Shown here: one piece after another, positions 35,628 to 37,736 of the stretch
Layout: each line of letters starts with the position of its first letter
Numbering within the stretch: the first letter of the stretch is position 1
IMG/VR virus record: IMGVR_UViG_3300032320_003318
Coordinates: 1-37,736 of that record
DNA: 37,736 nt
From: a virus
Taxonomy: Duplodnaviria > Caudoviricetes
Reading direction: 5' to 3' (one strand)
Program-made: the position numbers and the translations under genes
The notes under the pieces: model-generated
The model's input: the letters and a program-made list of their open reading frames with translations, nothing else
Told to the model about the DNA's origin: nothing
Database searches by the model: none

Positions 35628-36806
35628 ATGGCCTGTAATATTACCCCGATTTCCGCGTTCCAGACGACCAATCTAAACAGTAGGATTAACACCTTCAATA
35701 GATTAGGGGATCGGGTAGTTAGAGCCCTGGGAGCACCTCTAATACAGGTAGAGCTACACCAAGATCAGATATTTGAAAACATCTCTATAGCAATAGAGAT
35801 GTTTACTAAATTTGCAGGATACACTTCAGAATATTTAGTTTTTGATTCTAATCTTTACGAGAAGAATAAAGGTTTACGATTAGATTATCTCTTTACTCTA
35901 TCTAATCCGACCTTAACTCTTGAGCAAAAGGCCGATCACACAATACAATCTCCTGAAGCAGCGTTTTACATTACGGAGCCAAAGACAATGTATATTGCTA
36001 CTTCTGCAATAGCGAGTAGCAGGTTTACATCTCTCGCAAATTTAAGTTCTGTATTTGAAAATGGGATATTCCAAAATCAAATATTTGATAAGTCTACATA
36101 CACAGACATCTTAACGTCATTTCGAGCAAGCAATACATTGAGCGCTATAGCGGTAAGTTCATTGTTTATGGAATCGTTCATCAATGAGCCAACTCTTCGA
36201 GGCGAGACCAAAACAAGAGACGATAGTTATAAGGTAAATAATATGTTTGATTACGACTTATTAGATTATCGCAAAGTAATAGCCGTAAGTGATTTTGAAG
36301 AAGGGTCTTCTACCGGTATTAACACTCTGTTTACCATAGAGCAAACCTTAGCGCAGCAAACATATTTCTCATATGCTATGGGCAACTATGGATTTGACTT
36401 GGTATCTTGGTATACTCTAAAAGAATGGCTCGAGATGAGAGAGAAACTTCTCGCTACTCGTCGGACCTACACCTTTAATGACCGCACTCAGATGCTACAA
36501 ATGTATCCTGAGCCTACTCCGAACTCAAGATTTTATGGAGTCTTATCGTGTTATGTGGAAAGACCTATCAGAGATGTTATTAAAGAGCATTGGGTATATC
36601 AATACACTCTCGCACTTTGTAAGATTACTCTCGCTCAAGTAAGAGGGAAATATGGCAATCTTACTCTGTTTGGCGGGCAGGCCTTTAATGCTACAGATTT
36701 AATGACTCAAGGCACTGCGGAGAAGGAAAGACTTGAAACAATGCTTTACGAAAAAACAACACCAGGAATGGGCGATTCTGACCCGGCGATGTTCTTTGTC
36801 GGATAA
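35628..36806 (+). CDS. Neck protein (T4 gp13-like)
   Basis: RALGAPLIQVEL..DQI...I..A, WVYQYTLAL.K...GKY....LFGG...N and terminal MFFVG motifs. Confidence 0.85.
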   Translation: MACNITPISAFQTTNLNSRINTFNRLGDRVVRALGAPLIQVELHQDQIFENISIAIEMFTKFAGYTSEYLVFDSNLYEKNKGLRLDYLFTLSNPTLTLEQKADHTIQSPEAAFYITEPKTMYIATSAIASSRFTSLANLSSVFENGIFQNQIFDKSTYTDILTSFRASNTLSAIAVSSLFMESFINEPTLRGETKTRDDSYKVNNMFDYDLLDYRKVIAVSDFEEGSSTGINTLFTIEQTLAQQTYFSYAMGNYGFDLVSWYTLKEWLEMREKLLATRRTYTFNDRTQMLQMYPEPTPNSRFYGVLSCYVERPIRDVIKEHWVYQYTLALCKITLAQVRGKYGNLTLFGGQAFNATDLMTQGTAEKERLETMLYEKTTPGMGDSDPAMFFVG

Positions 36807-36809
36807 AAT

Positions 36810-37529
36810 ATGAAAACATTCAAAGAATTTTTTAAACAATATGCTTTACAGCTGGTTTCAGAAAGCGAGGCGAATGATTCAGCTTTAAACTTTATTAAAA
36901 AATGGCGAGATAAAGTTAAGGTGTTATCAGGTATGGGAGATGAGAGTGGCGCATTACGAGAACATGTAATGTCTCAATCTGATATTGCTTACGGTAAGTT
37001 ATATAGATTTCATTTTTTAGAATATAAACTTCATTTACTCAAGCAGAATGGTAATACCGGTAATTTGATAGACTTTACTACATACGAACTTAATAATTTA
37101 TACGAATGGCTAAAAGAGTGGATGTTAGGGATACTTGAGACTAGGATATATTATGATACGGATAAAAATCCGAGATATTTGAATCGGTGGAATGAGCTCC
37201 AACAAAAGGCTACAATACCTGAGAGAGAACGACGTGTCGGGTCAGGTATTGGAGGCAAAGAAATGGGTATTCCCTGGGAGTCTATAGTGGAGTCCTATAT
37301 AAGATTAAAGTCAGCATCGTCTTTAAAAGATAAGGTAATCGCAATTACATTGGCATTAAATGCGTGGCACGATAACGGTGGCATCTTCGGCATAACATCT
37401 CAAGATGCGGAAAAATTCGGCGGGGAGGATGTATGGTCGTTCGCACCTCTTTCAATGGCTCAGTTTGATAAACTAGATAAAATTGATCCGCGGAAAGTAG
37501 AGCAGGAAATTCGTAAGGAATTAAATTGA
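36810..37529 (+). CDS. Hypothetical protein, possibly a capsid-targeted internal protein
   Basis: N-terminus MKTFKEFF resembles the T4 capsid-targeting sequence MKTYQEFIAE; lies between head genes. Confidence 0.5.
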   Translation: MKTFKEFFKQYALQLVSESEANDSALNFIKKWRDKVKVLSGMGDESGALREHVMSQSDIAYGKLYRFHFLEYKLHLLKQNGNTGNLIDFTTYELNNLYEWLKEWMLGILETRIYYDTDKNPRYLNRWNELQQKATIPERERRVGSGIGGKEMGIPWESIVESYIRLKSASSLKDKVIAITLALNAWHDNGGIFGITSQDAEKFGGEDVWSFAPLSMAQFDKLDKIDPRKVEQEIRKELN

Positions 37530-37530
37530 A

Positions 37531-37736
37531 ATGAAGCCTTATAAACAGGGAGTCTTTAAGCCTAAAAATAGTCTCAAGTTCGAGGGAACGGCTGCTGTTT
37601 ATAGGTCTTCGTATGAGTTAAAGTTTTTTAGATGGTGCGATGAAAATCCTAATGTAGTAAAATGGGGAAGCGAAAATATTATTATACCATATGTAAATCC
37701 TAATAATAATAAACCTTCTCGCTATTTTGTAGATAA
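37531..37736 (+). CDS. Head completion protein (T4 gp4-like, TnsA-like nuclease fold), 3'-truncated
   Basis: Not in the ORF track; hand translation gives MKPYKQGVFKPKN..KF.G...YRSSYELKFFRWCDENPNVVKWGSE.IIIPY...RYFVD. Confidence 0.88.
   Translation, partial: MKPYKQGVFKPKNSLKFEGTAAVYRSSYELKFFRWCDENPNVVKWGSENIIIPYVNPNNNKPSRYFVD

Noticed and set aside
1-37736. Stop-codon reassignment, introns or inteins, CRISPR array, integrase or transposase
   Set aside because: Conserved genes are intact in the standard code and end in TAA, TAG and TGA. No interrupted genes, repeat-spacer arrays or mobile-element enzymes were seen. The TnsA-like ORF at the end is better explained as gp4.

Overview
A 37.7-kb segment of a large AT-rich, T4-like (myovirus-type) tailed phage genome, read with the standard genetic code. 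From left to right it holds: (i) Ser/Thr-rich virion/fibre genes; (ii) a DUF5661-like/retropepsin fusion, folE, queD, phoH and a P-loop kinase; (iii) a minus-strand array of six modular fibre paralogues, two sharing a near-identical ~0.5-kb tail-collar end; (iv) a divergent ~12-kb glycan cluster with about eight glycosyltransferase-like genes, four methyltransferases and two NDP-sugar epimerases; (v) a DUF366-like gene, a compact structured intergenic RNA candidate, a gp62-like clamp loader, GroES, an SH3/WYL_2-like protein and a DinG helicase; (vi) T4-like gp15, portal gp20, neck gp13 and a partial gp4. The most striking sequence-level pattern is two promoter-like motif classes (TTGAWW-N16-TATAWW and T4-late-like TAAATA) that sit mostly 4-7 nt upstream of start codons with no Shine-Dalgarno site, implying widespread leaderless mRNAs. 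All family assignments come from motif recognition by eye; no searches were run.
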